From the NCBI GenBank assembly GCA_045660545.1, contig JAZREA010000026.1, forward strand, positions 12,561-76,560: a stretch of DNA of 64,000 nt. The letters are read 5' to 3'. Numbering within the stretch: position 1 is the first letter of the stretch; each line of letters starts with the position of its first letter. The notes under the pieces were generated by a model, which saw only the letters and a program-made list of their open reading frames with translations, did no database searches and was not told the DNA's origin. The stretch is from Clostridia bacterium. GTDB taxonomy: Bacteria; Bacillota; Clostridia; Monoglobales; Firm-18. Below are positions 45,389-54,895 of the stretch, in pieces. The position numbers and the translations under genes were made by a program.

Positions 45389-46225
45389 ATGAGAAAAATC
45401 AAAATCGTTGCGGACTCGTCGTGCGATATCTTTGCCTTGCAAAATGTAGATTTTGCATGCGCGCCTATGAAAATTATTACCAATGAGCGTGAATTTGTTG
45501 ATGACGCCGCACTTGACGTAGATGGTATGGTGGATTATTTGTATAATTACAGCGGGAAGTCAAAATCGTCCTGCCCGAATACAAACGACTGGCTCGAAGC
45601 TTTTGGGGACGCAGACGATGTCTTTTGCGTTACAATCACAAGCGGCCTTTCAGGTAGCTATAATTCCGCCTGCGTTGCAAAACAAATCTATGAGGCGGAA
45701 AATACGGGCAAGCGTGTATATGTGTTTGATTCACTAAGCGCAGGTCCTGAGGTTACCATGACTGTGAATAAAATAGAGGAATGTATAAAGAGCGGTGCGG
45801 CGTATGAAGACGTTTGTACCAAAGTTTCGGAATATATAAAAAAGGCAGGACTTGTCTTTATGTTAAAATCCCTCAAAAATTTTGCAAACAACGGCAGAGT
45901 TTCCCCTGTCGTTGCAAAAATCGCAGGCATTGCAGGAATATGTATTGTAGGTAAAGCAAGTGACTGCGGGACCCTCGAGCCAACACACAAGTGCAGAGGG
46001 GAAAAGCGTTCACTTGAAGCTTTGGTTAATGACCTTGAAACAGAAGGTTTTTGTTCCGGCAAAATCAGCATCGGCCATTGCCAGAATGAATCGGCGGCAG
46101 AAAGACTAAAAGAGTTGATTTTGGAAAAATTCAAGAACGTTCAGGTAGAAATACACAGACTAAGAGGCCTTTGTAGCTTTTATGCCGAAAAGGGCGGCGT
46201 GCTGGTAGGCTTTGAAAGAGCATAA
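45389..46225 (+). CDS. DegV family fatty-acid-binding protein
   Basis: KIVADSSCDI start and TSGLSGSYNSA motif. Starts 1 nt after the ADH stop. Confidence 0.9.
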   Translation: MRKIKIVADSSCDIFALQNVDFACAPMKIITNEREFVDDAALDVDGMVDYLYNYSGKSKSSCPNTNDWLEAFGDADDVFCVTITSGLSGSYNSACVAKQIYEAENTGKRVYVFDSLSAGPEVTMTVNKIEECIKSGAAYEDVCTKVSEYIKKAGLVFMLKSLKNFANNGRVSPVVAKIAGIAGICIVGKASDCGTLEPTHKCRGEKRSLEALVNDLETEGFCSGKISIGHCQNESAAERLKELILEKFKNVQVEIHRLRGLCSFYAEKGGVLVGFERA

Positions 46226-46238
46226 CGGAGGCGTTGAT

Positions 46239-47621
46239 ATGACAAACGAACAGATAACAAACTTGCTTGAAAAGCAAAGGAAGTTTTATAAAAGCGGAGC
46301 TACCATTCCTGTTAACTTCCGTATCGAACAATTAAAAAAACTCTATAAAACCGTAAAAAAATATCAGGATGAAATTAACGACGCATTAACTGCCGACCTT
46401 GGTAAAAGCCATTTCGAAGGTTTTATGTGCGAAAGCGGTCTTGTTCTTTCTGAAATTTCATATATGATTCGCAATACAAAGAGATTTGCAAGGAGAAAAA
46501 CAGTTGCCACTCCAATCACGAACTTTGCGTCGCATAGTTTTAAGCAGCCCGTTCCTTATGGTAACACTCTGATTATGAGCCCGTGGAATTATCCGTTTTT
46601 GTTGACCGTCGACCCGCTTGCAGATGCTATTGCAGCAGGCAATACGGCGATTGTCAAGCCCAGCGCATATTCACCCGCAACAAGCAAGATTATAGAGAAA
46701 ATCATAAAAGAATGCTTCGACTCTGAATATGTTGCGGTTGTAACAGGCGGCAGAGCAGAAAACACTGCTCTTTTAAAGCAAAAGTTTGACTTTGTGTTCT
46801 TCACAGGAAGCCAGGCTGTCGGAAAAGAAGTGCTTCGCCATACAGCAGAGCACCTTACCCCCGCAGTTCTCGAGCTTGGTGGAAAGAGCCCTTGTATCGT
46901 GGATAAAAGCGCAAATATCAAGCTTGCGGCTAAAAGAATTGTGTTCGGTAAGTACCTAAACTGCGGTCAGACTTGCGTTGCTCCTGATTATATACTTTGT
47001 GAAGGTTCAATAAAGGATAAGTTTATAGCCGAAGTTGTTAAACAGATAAAGAAACAGTACGGCGAAAATCCGCTTGAAAATAAAAACTATGGCAAGATAA
47101 TCAATGAAAGACACTTTGAAAGACTCAGTACGCTTATAGATAAGAACAAGGTTGTTTTCGGCGGAGAAATAAACAGTAAGACCAATCAGATTTCACCTAC
47201 CGTTATGGATAATGTAAGTGAAAGCGATGCAGTCATGGGCGAAGAAATCTTCGGCCCGATTATGCCTGTACTTACGTTTGATAATTTTGATAAGCTGGTT
47301 GAGGAACTTAAAGATAAGGATAAGCCACTTGCGTTGTATCTGTTTTCGGGTAACAAGAGGCATATTAAGCGTGTTACAACGGAGCTTTCTTACGGAGGCG
47401 GTTGCATTAACGATGTTGTAGTTCACCTTGCAACGAGCGAAATGGGCTTCGGCGGGGTTGGCGAAAGCGGAATGGGTTCGTATCACGGAAAAGCAGGTTT
47501 CGATGCTTTTTCGCACTATAAGTCAATTATGGATAAAAAGACCTGGCTTGATTTGCCGATGCGTTATCAACCCTATAAAAATAAACTGTATGAGAAACTT
47601 TTGCATATTTTCTTAAAATAG
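46239..47621 (+). CDS. aldehyde dehydrogenase (class-3/YwdH-like)
   Basis: ATG at 46239 sits behind ACGGAGG. Motifs are FFTGS, ELGGKSP and the catalytic CVAPDY. Confidence 0.9.
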   Translation: MTNEQITNLLEKQRKFYKSGATIPVNFRIEQLKKLYKTVKKYQDEINDALTADLGKSHFEGFMCESGLVLSEISYMIRNTKRFARRKTVATPITNFASHSFKQPVPYGNTLIMSPWNYPFLLTVDPLADAIAAGNTAIVKPSAYSPATSKIIEKIIKECFDSEYVAVVTGGRAENTALLKQKFDFVFFTGSQAVGKEVLRHTAEHLTPAVLELGGKSPCIVDKSANIKLAAKRIVFGKYLNCGQTCVAPDYILCEGSIKDKFIAEVVKQIKKQYGENPLENKNYGKIINERHFERLSTLIDKNKVVFGGEINSKTNQISPTVMDNVSESDAVMGEEIFGPIMPVLTFDNFDKLVEELKDKDKPLALYLFSGNKRHIKRVTTELSYGGGCINDVVVHLATSEMGFGGVGESGMGSYHGKAGFDAFSHYKSIMDKKTWLDLPMRYQPYKNKLYEKLLHIFLK

Positions 47622-47636
47622 CATTTGGGGATTTTT

Positions 47637-47665
47637 AAAAAGGACACTGTATGTGTCCTTTTTTC
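47637..47665 (+). terminator. rho-independent terminator
   Basis: AGGACAC-TGTAT-GTGTCCT followed by T6. Confidence 0.85.
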
Positions 47666-47780
47666 TATGTAGCGTAGTATCTATTGGTGTTTATAAATCC
47701 ATATATTACATTTGAAAATATATATGCGTATATGTTATAGTAAATTGGTCCGTATCGACTTTGATAAATTAAGGAGGTTT

Positions 47781-48389
47781 ATGATGAAGAAGATTCTAAT
47801 TTTACTGACAGTACTATTTCAGATAAATATAGTTTTACCGGCATATGCTCAGTCGACAGAGCAACACACAGTTGTATCGGGCGACAGTATGTGGAAAATT
47901 GCAGTCAAATATGAGGTGGGCCTTAGCGAGATAAAAAGCGCAAATCCGCATATTGCAAACCCTGATCTGATTTATCCCGGACAGGTTTTGAATATTCCGA
48001 AGACCGATGCAACGGTTGTAAACTATGAAAACGAGGTTATAAGACTTGTAAATGAAATCAGAACGAAAAATGGGCTCAATACCCTTAAGGCAGATTGGGA
48101 GCTTAGCCGTGTGGCAAGATACAAGTCCCAAGATATGAAGGACAATAACTATTTTTCGCACACAAGCCCGGTTTATGGGTCTCCGTTTACCATGATTAAA
48201 AATTTTGGCATATCATATAAAACTGCGGCAGAGAATATAGCGAAAGGACAAAAAACACCTCAGACGGTTGTGAATGCATGGATGAATTCTCCGGGGCACC
48301 GCGCCAATATATTAAATGCATCGTATAAAAAAATTGGTGTTGGTTATGTATCTGGCGGAAATTACTGGACCCAGATGTTTATAGGATAA
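47781..48389 (+). CDS. secreted LysM + CAP/SCP (YkwD-like) domain protein
   Basis: Signal peptide MMKKILILLTVLFQINIVLPAYA. LysM (HTVVSGDSMWKIA...YPGQVLNIP). CAP motifs (NYFSHTSP, GHRANIL). Confidence 0.85.
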   Translation: MMKKILILLTVLFQINIVLPAYAQSTEQHTVVSGDSMWKIAVKYEVGLSEIKSANPHIANPDLIYPGQVLNIPKTDATVVNYENEVIRLVNEIRTKNGLNTLKADWELSRVARYKSQDMKDNNYFSHTSPVYGSPFTMIKNFGISYKTAAENIAKGQKTPQTVVNAWMNSPGHRANILNASYKKIGVGYVSGGNYWTQMFIG

Positions 48390-48455
48390 ATCTGCTTTTT
48401 AGCGTAATCAACGGTCTTGCCCTTGGTTTTTGTTAAAGCAGGTTTAATTGACATA

Positions 48456-48493
48456 TTGACATTTAATTAAACGTATGGTATGATTAATCATAC
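48456..48493 (+). promoter_or_regulatory. promoter with perfect 16-bp palindrome over the -10
   Basis: TTGACA (48456-48461), 17 nt, TATGAT (48479-48484). The palindrome GTATGATTAATCATAC is at 48478-48493 and a TAATCATAC half-site is repeated right after it. Confidence 0.55.
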
Positions 48494-48517
48494 TAATCAT
48501 ACAGAGGAGATGCAGAT

Positions 48518-48727
48518 ATGGATATACACGGCGGAAAGTATGCCTGGATGGTCAAAATTGGCGAAAAGGGCCAGTTTGTTATTCCAAAACAAGCAAGAGA
48601 ATTGTTTGACTTTAAACCGGGAGATGAAATTATAGTTCTTGGCGATAAGGAAAGAGGAATAGCGATTCTTCCCAAAGAAAAGCAACAAGACTATGTTGAA
48701 AAGATTTTCGGTGGTATAGAAGAATGA
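48518..48727 (+). CDS. AbrB/MazE/SpoVT-family DNA-binding protein
   Basis: 69 aa. KIGEKGQFVIPKQARELFDFKPGDEIIVLGD is a swapped-hairpin (SpoVT-AbrB) motif. Confidence 0.8.
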   Translation: MDIHGGKYAWMVKIGEKGQFVIPKQARELFDFKPGDEIIVLGDKERGIAILPKEKQQDYVEKIFGGIEE

Positions 48728-48743
48728 AAGCGGGAGAATTAAT

Positions 48744-49925
48744 ATGAGTAAAATTGTTTTCTTTTGCATTCCTGCGCACGGACACACTAACCCTACCTTG
48801 GGAGTTGTGAGGGAGCTGCTCTCCCGTGGGCACGAGGTCTGGTATTATTCGTATAACATTATGCGTGAAAAAATTGAGTCATCAGGAGCAAAGTTTGTCT
48901 CCTGCGATGAATACGATAAAGAGCAGAAGCTTAGCGAGAAAGATTCTGCCCGCGTGGGACGGGACCTTGCGTTTTCTGCAAAGATACTTGTAGATACGAC
49001 ACTGGCACTTGATGATAAAGTATGTACGGAAATGGCAAAGCTAGGGCCCGACTGTATCGTGGCAGATTCTATGGCGCTGTGGGGAAAGGCTGTTGCGAAA
49101 AAACTTGGGATTCCTTTCGTTTGTTCCACTACAACTTTTGCTTTTAATCAATATTCGGCAAAGATTATGAAACAAGGTTTTGGAGATTTGTTTAAGATGC
49201 TTATTTGCCTTCCTAAAACTGCAAAGCAAGTCAAAAGGCTTAGAGACAGGGGATATCCCGTAAGAAGCATACTTGATATAATCGGTAGTGATGATAACAC
49301 CCACACAATTGTATATACATCTTCGGAATTTCAGCCGTGTTCAGAGACTTTTTCGGACAAATATGCTTTTGTCGGCCCGTCTGTTCGTGCAGCTTGCGAA
49401 GAAGTGGAAAAGAAGAGGGACAAGCTGATTTATATATCTATGGGAACTGTAAATAACGACATGATGCCTTTTTACAGAGAGTGTATATCATCTTTAAAAG
49501 ATACAGGTTACCAGATAATTATGTCTGTCGGTAATCTGGTAGATGTTAATGAACTTGGAGAACTGCCTGAAAATGTGTCTGTCTTTTCGCACGTTGACCA
49601 GATTGCTGTTTTGGAAAAAGCAGATGTGTTTGTTTCGCACTGCGGAATGAACAGCGTCAGCGAAAGCTTGTATTTTTCGGTCCCTCTTGTTATGATACCG
49701 CAAACAACAGAACAAAAGGGTGTTGCCGAGAGAGTTTTCGGACTTGGCGCAGGCGTTAAACTTGATAAAATGGATGGGGCATCAGTTTTGGAGGCCGTAA
49801 ATAAAGTGTTAAGTGATAGCGCATATAAGGAAAACGCCTGCAAAATTTCGGATGGATTTAAAAACTGTTCGGGCGCAAAGGCCGCTGCCGACAAAATTAT
49901 AGAGGTTTGTAACGGCACAAGATAA
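48744..49925 (+). CDS. GT1/MGT-family UDP-glycosyltransferase (macrolide glycosyltransferase-like)
   Basis: 393 aa. N-terminus FFCIPAHGHTNPTLGVVRELLSRGHEV and C-terminal HCGMNSVSESL donor-binding motif. Confidence 0.85.
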   Translation: MSKIVFFCIPAHGHTNPTLGVVRELLSRGHEVWYYSYNIMREKIESSGAKFVSCDEYDKEQKLSEKDSARVGRDLAFSAKILVDTTLALDDKVCTEMAKLGPDCIVADSMALWGKAVAKKLGIPFVCSTTTFAFNQYSAKIMKQGFGDLFKMLICLPKTAKQVKRLRDRGYPVRSILDIIGSDDNTHTIVYTSSEFQPCSETFSDKYAFVGPSVRAACEEVEKKRDKLIYISMGTVNNDMMPFYRECISSLKDTGYQIIMSVGNLVDVNELGELPENVSVFSHVDQIAVLEKADVFVSHCGMNSVSESLYFSVPLVMIPQTTEQKGVAERVFGLGAGVKLDKMDGASVLEAVNKVLSDSAYKENACKISDGFKNCSGAKAAADKIIEVCNGTR

Positions 49926-49979
49926 AAGAAAAAATCGGCACACTTTAAGTGAGGGGATTTTTCCATTATTACACAATTA

Positions 49980-50642
49980 TCAGCTAAATGAGGGCGGGAT
50001 GGTTTCGCCCTTTGCAAAAGCATTAGGCCCCGGGTCTGACATTGAAAAATACATTTTCGCCGCTTTTGTTGTGCCAAAATCTTTGTTAGAGCCGCTGTTT
50101 TGTACCTTGTTGAATGCATCGCGGAACATTTGGTTGTGTGCTTCTTCACGGTTAAGAAGAAAGTCGATTGTTTCCCTTACTTTCTTGTCGTTAATCTGTC
50201 GGTATAAATACTCATAAACCACCTTTGCTCGCTGCTCGGACGCTATGTTGCTTAAAAGGTCGGCACAAAGGTCTCCTGTTACCGTAACATAATCTGCGGT
50301 CCAGGAATAGCCCGAGGCGTTTATAAGTCCGGGGTTTAAACCTAAAATAACGTGCGACTGTATTTCGCCCGCACTTACTTTTGTGGCATCTACATCGTGA
50401 CCGTTTAGCAAATTGATGGTTTGTGCAACCATCTCCATATGGCCGAGTTCTTCTGCGGCTATGTCTAAAAACAAATCTTTAATTTCAGGGTCTTTAATTC
50501 TGAAACTTTGTGACATATACTGCATAGCTGCCTTCATTTCGCCGTTTCCACCGCCCAATTGCTCCTGCAAAAGAGCAGCATACTGCGGGTTTGCCCTTTC
50601 GATTTCTACCGGATGAAACAACTGCTTTTCATGTTTGAACAT
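49980..50642 (-). CDS. manganese catalase (CotJC-like)
   Basis: ATG at 50642 sits behind AGAGAGGTG. LLQEQLGGGNGEMKAAMQYMSQSF and EELGHMEM ferritin-like metal motifs. Confidence 0.9.
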   Translation of the reverse strand: MFKHEKQLFHPVEIERANPQYAALLQEQLGGGNGEMKAAMQYMSQSFRIKDPEIKDLFLDIAAEELGHMEMVAQTINLLNGHDVDATKVSAGEIQSHVILGLNPGLINASGYSWTADYVTVTGDLCADLLSNIASEQRAKVVYEYLYRQINDKKVRETIDFLLNREEAHNQMFRDAFNKVQNSGSNKDFGTTKAAKMYFSMSDPGPNAFAKGETIPPSFS

Positions 50643-50875
50643 AAAATACACCTCTCTTTATAAAACTTGGTATTATTATTTACATACACGGGTGTAATTA
50701 TTCGATATTTAATCGTATTACCAGATAATAATTGACAATGTTTTTAGCGTTTGATATAATAAATATGTATTGAATTTTTAATAAGATTCTGGAAAGCCCG
50801 CCTATATAAAGCTTTAAAATTTTACGAAATCTTGTTAAATAATGTGTAAATATTTGCAAAAAGGCGTGTTGATTT

Positions 50876-51832
50876 ATGAAAACCGTTTTTATAGTGAACC
50901 CAAAGGCAGGCCAGGGAAAAAACATCGAGTCTTTAATATCTTCAATTAAAGAATGTGTCTCGTCAAATGAATTTGACGCAGAAATTTATGTAACCAAAAG
51001 AGTAGGGGACGCAAAGCGATTTGTGAAAGAATATTGCACAGAATGCGGTCCTGCCCGCTTTATCGCGTGCGGGGGTGACGGTACACTCAGCGAGGTTTTA
51101 AACGGAGCGATTGAGTGCGAAGGAGCACAGATTGGTGTTCTTCCCATAGGTACTGGCAACGACTTTTGTCGTAACTTTGATAAATCAACAGATTTTTTGG
51201 ATATTAAATCTCAAATTATCTCATCAGCAGAAAAATGTGATGTAATACGCTACACAACTACCGTAAACGGAATGGAAAAAGTGGGTTATTGTGTTAATAT
51301 GGTAAACATAGGCTTCGACTGTAATGTCGCCGACATGACTGCACAAATGAAGAAGAAGCCGCTCGTTTCCGGCTCGCTTGCATATTTTGTTTCCATACTG
51401 GTTGCTATGGTTAAGAAAAAAGGTGCAGACCTTTTAATAAAGCTGGACGGAGAGGAAGTATATAACGGTAGGCTTCTTTTAACTTCGATTGCAAACGGCA
51501 GCTTCTGTGGCGGTGGGATTAAATCAAACCCTCTTGCCGCAGTAAGTGATGGCGTTATGAATGTCAATATAATTAAAAATATTAAAAGGATACAGTTTGT
51601 TCCGCTTCTTCCGCGTTATATGGACGGAACAGTGCTGGATGTTAAAAATATTGACAGATATCTGATTAATAAAGACTGTCGGAAAATTGATATAATCACT
51701 AAAAATGAAAATTTCAGAATATGCATCGACGGTGAAATTATAGATGCAGGCAACACTACTTTTGAGGTAGTGCATAATGCTTTTGACTTTGTTGTGCCAA
51801 AAGCTGCACATAAGCAACTTGTCAATAAATAG
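50876..51832 (+). CDS. diacylglycerol/lipid kinase family protein (YegS/BmrU-like)
   Basis: FIVNPKAGQGK start and ACGGDGTLSEVLNG motif. Confidence 0.85.
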   Translation: MKTVFIVNPKAGQGKNIESLISSIKECVSSNEFDAEIYVTKRVGDAKRFVKEYCTECGPARFIACGGDGTLSEVLNGAIECEGAQIGVLPIGTGNDFCRNFDKSTDFLDIKSQIISSAEKCDVIRYTTTVNGMEKVGYCVNMVNIGFDCNVADMTAQMKKKPLVSGSLAYFVSILVAMVKKKGADLLIKLDGEEVYNGRLLLTSIANGSFCGGGIKSNPLAAVSDGVMNVNIIKNIKRIQFVPLLPRYMDGTVLDVKNIDRYLINKDCRKIDIITKNENFRICIDGEIIDAGNTTFEVVHNAFDFVVPKAAHKQLVNK

Positions 51833-51868
51833 AAATAGTGAATAAATAAAATGGAAAGGATTTTTGCT

Positions 51869-52915
51869 ATGAAAAAGATTAAATGGGGAGTAATTGGTTG
51901 TGGAGGTATTGCAGACAGGAGAACGCTTCCTGGTATGATGCTTGCTGATAATGCAGAGCTTGTTGCGGTTATGGATGCAAACGAAGAGTTTGCGCTGAAA
52001 TGTAAGGAAAAGTACGGAGCAAAATACGCTTTTACAAATTATGAAGACGTGTTAAAGATTGAAGAAATCGACGCTGTTTACATAGCTTCTCCGGTGTTCT
52101 TCCATAAGGAACAGGCAATAGCAGCTGCAAAGGCTAAAAAGCATATGCTGCTCGAAAAGCCGGTTGCGTTAACAGTTCCGGAAGCTGAGGAGATTCAAAA
52201 GGCATGTGAAGAAAACAATGTAAAAGTAAGCATCGGTTTCCTTATGAGATTCCACGGTTATCATCAGAAAATCAGGGAGATTGTACAGGAAGGCAAAATT
52301 GGCGACATCGTATCTGTTCGTGGACAGTTTACATGTTGGTATCCTGATATCCCGGGTGCTTGGCGTCAGCAGAAGGCGACAGCAGGCGGCGGTGCGCTCG
52401 TTGATATGGGTATACATGTAATAGACCTTATTCACTACATTACAGGTCTTAAAGCAGTAGAGGTTGCCGCTTTTAACCAGACACAGACCTTTAACTACGA
52501 TGTTGATGACTCGTCAAATGTTATTATGAAGATGGACAACGGTGCTGTTGCATACGTTGATTCTAACTTCAACATTCCTGACGCAGCTTCTGTAGCTAAG
52601 CTTGAAATTTACGGAACAAAGGGCAGTATCGTTGCATCAGGCACACTCGCACAGGATGAGGTCGGAACAGTAAACATCCTTATCGCAGACGATTCTGTTG
52701 GATATGACGCAAATCAGGTGAGAAATGAATTAAAGCCGGTTTCGCTTGAAGGTACACCTCTTGGAAATATGTATACAAAAGAAGTAGAGGGACTTGGTAA
52801 TGCCGTTATAAACGACACAGAGGTTCCTGTTACTATCGAAAGCGCAATCTACAACCAAAAGGTTATAGAAGCAGCTTATAAATCTTCAGAGACAAAGAGC
52901 TTTGTAAGAGTTTAA
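51869..52915 (+). CDS. Gfo/Idh/MocA family oxidoreductase
   Basis: KWGVIGCGGIA Rossmann start and EKPVA motif. Confidence 0.85.
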   Translation: MKKIKWGVIGCGGIADRRTLPGMMLADNAELVAVMDANEEFALKCKEKYGAKYAFTNYEDVLKIEEIDAVYIASPVFFHKEQAIAAAKAKKHMLLEKPVALTVPEAEEIQKACEENNVKVSIGFLMRFHGYHQKIREIVQEGKIGDIVSVRGQFTCWYPDIPGAWRQQKATAGGGALVDMGIHVIDLIHYITGLKAVEVAAFNQTQTFNYDVDDSSNVIMKMDNGAVAYVDSNFNIPDAASVAKLEIYGTKGSIVASGTLAQDEVGTVNILIADDSVGYDANQVRNELKPVSLEGTPLGNMYTKEVEGLGNAVINDTEVPVTIESAIYNQKVIEAAYKSSETKSFVRV

Positions 52916-52927
52916 CTTTATACCTTT

Positions 52928-52963
52928 AAAAGGCAAACTTTCGTAAGAAAGTTTGCCTTTTTT
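52928..52963 (+). terminator. rho-independent terminator
   Basis: AAAGGCAAACTTT / AAAGTTTGCCTTT stem followed by a T-run. Confidence 0.85.
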
Positions 52964-53051
52964 GCATTTTTGCTGTATAATCTATGTATGATAGTGTTTA
53001 GAGGCGAAAGTGACACTTAAATTCGTTTAATAGAGTAAAAGGAGACCAAAA

Positions 53052-54032
53052 ATGGAAAAAGTAATCAGATGGGGAATTGTTGGTGCCGGTAATATAGCTA
53101 ATAAATTTGCAACAGCTGTTAAAAATGTCAAAGAAGCAGAGCTTACGTCAGTGGCTTCAAAGTCGGAAGGTAAAGGTAAGGCGTTTGCGGAAAAATATGA
53201 TATTAAAAACGTGTTTACAAGCTACGAAGAAATGGCAAAGTCAGAACTTGTTGATGCCGTCTATATCGCTACACCACACCCGTTTCATAAATCCTGTGCG
53301 GAAATTTTCCTTAATGCAAAAAAGCATGTTCTGTGCGAAAAACCGCTGTGCGTTAATGCTCGTCAGGCGGAGGAGCTTAAAGAATGTGCCAAAGAAAACG
53401 GCGTGTTCTTAATGGAGGCTATGTGGACAAGGTTTCTGCCCGCAATTTGCGAGGCGCGTAAGGTAATTGAAAGTGGCGAAATCGGCGAAATAAGGGGAGT
53501 TTCGGCGGACTTTTGTTATTCCATTTCTGAGTCCGAGGACCGAAAGGTGTTTAAAAATGATATGGCGGGCGGTTCGCTTTTGGACGTAGGTGTTTATGGA
53601 CTTAATTTTGTGGCAATCTTTTTGGGAGACAATCCAAAAAGTATTACGGCGGTTTCTGATGTTAGTGATGGCGTAGACTGTCAGACAAATGTTTTGATTA
53701 AATACGATAACGGCGTAATCGCGTCTGTTTCCTCAGCAATAAATACTCTAAAACCTGAAACTGCATATGTATATGGCACAAAAGGGTACATTACATTGCC
53801 ACAGTTTTATGGTGCTAAGGAATTGATTGTTAAAACAGATGACGGCGAAAGGTACATTTCAAAGCCGACCATAGGAGACGGATTTGAAGAGGAGATTATA
53901 GAGGCTTGTAACTGTATTAGATTGGGCAAAATACAAAGCGATGTTATGCCGATGTCTGAAAGTATAAGGATTTTAGAGCAAATGGACTCTATAAGAGAGC
54001 AGATAGGATTAAAATATCCTTTTGATGTATAG
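53052..54032 (+). CDS. Gfo/Idh/MocA family oxidoreductase
   Basis: RWGIVGAGNIA Rossmann start and CEKPL motif. Confidence 0.85.
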   Translation: MEKVIRWGIVGAGNIANKFATAVKNVKEAELTSVASKSEGKGKAFAEKYDIKNVFTSYEEMAKSELVDAVYIATPHPFHKSCAEIFLNAKKHVLCEKPLCVNARQAEELKECAKENGVFLMEAMWTRFLPAICEARKVIESGEIGEIRGVSADFCYSISESEDRKVFKNDMAGGSLLDVGVYGLNFVAIFLGDNPKSITAVSDVSDGVDCQTNVLIKYDNGVIASVSSAINTLKPETAYVYGTKGYITLPQFYGAKELIVKTDDGERYISKPTIGDGFEEEIIEACNCIRLGKIQSDVMPMSESIRILEQMDSIREQIGLKYPFDV

Positions 54033-54082
54033 TTTTTACAACAGGCATTTTGCTACTGAATTTGAGAAAAGGGGTTAACACA

Positions 54083-54763
54083 ATGAGAAAGGCTTTATTT
54101 TGGGATTTCGACGGAACTCTTTCGTACCCAAACAAGTTATTTTTAAAGGTATTTAGTATGGCGCTTTGCGAATGCGGACATTGTATAGAAGCTGACGAAA
54201 CCGTCGAGTTTTTGGAAAAGACATATTCGTGGACAACCCCGCAAATCGATTATACTGACAAAACAGGAGATTTGTGGTGGACAACATTTTTTGAAAAAAT
54301 AACGGATTTTTGTGTTAAAAAAGGCATTTCCGCTGCAGAAAGTGAAAAAGTGTGCGTTCGGTTCAGAGAACTGCTTATTGATGTAAACAACTATGAATTG
54401 TACGACGACACTGTAAAAACCTTGGAAAAATGTGCTCAATTAGGTTATAAAAATTATCTGATAACAAACAATTATCCGGAGATTGTAGAAAACCTCGAAA
54501 AGCTTAATATATCGCAGTTTTTCACAGATTATGTGGTGTCATCGCATATAGGCTACGAAAAGCCAAGGCAGGAGTTTTTCGACTACGCAAAGAGGATCTC
54601 CCAAAATCCTGACATCGCATACGTTATAGGAGACAATCCAATAGCTGACATTCAGGGTGGAAAGAATGCCGGGTTTAAAACAATAGCGGTGCATGAATGT
54701 AAAAACAGCTGTGCAGATTTTTATCTTGAAAAACTTAGCCAAATCTTTGACTTGCTTTCTTAA
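54083..54763 (+). CDS. HAD-IA family hydrolase
   Basis: ATG at 54083 sits behind AAAAGGGG. Motif I is FWDFDGTL. The C-terminal part has GDNPIADIQGGKNAG. Confidence 0.8.
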   Translation: MRKALFWDFDGTLSYPNKLFLKVFSMALCECGHCIEADETVEFLEKTYSWTTPQIDYTDKTGDLWWTTFFEKITDFCVKKGISAAESEKVCVRFRELLIDVNNYELYDDTVKTLEKCAQLGYKNYLITNNYPEIVENLEKLNISQFFTDYVVSSHIGYEKPRQEFFDYAKRISQNPDIAYVIGDNPIADIQGGKNAGFKTIAVHECKNSCADFYLEKLSQIFDLLS

Positions 54764-54895
54764 TAACATATAAGGCCTTTTTACAGGCCTTTTTGTTTTG
54801 TGTTAAAACACCTTGAAATTAATGTATTTTTGACTTGATTTTTGGTAATTACTTTGTTATAATTAGACAAAATATATCAAACTGGAGAGTTTTAT

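Noticed and set aside
49508-50149. 213-aa minus-strand ORF spanning the glycosyltransferase 3' end, the intergenic region and the catalase 3' end
   Set aside because: It overlaps two well-supported genes on both strands. No RBS and no recognisable motifs.
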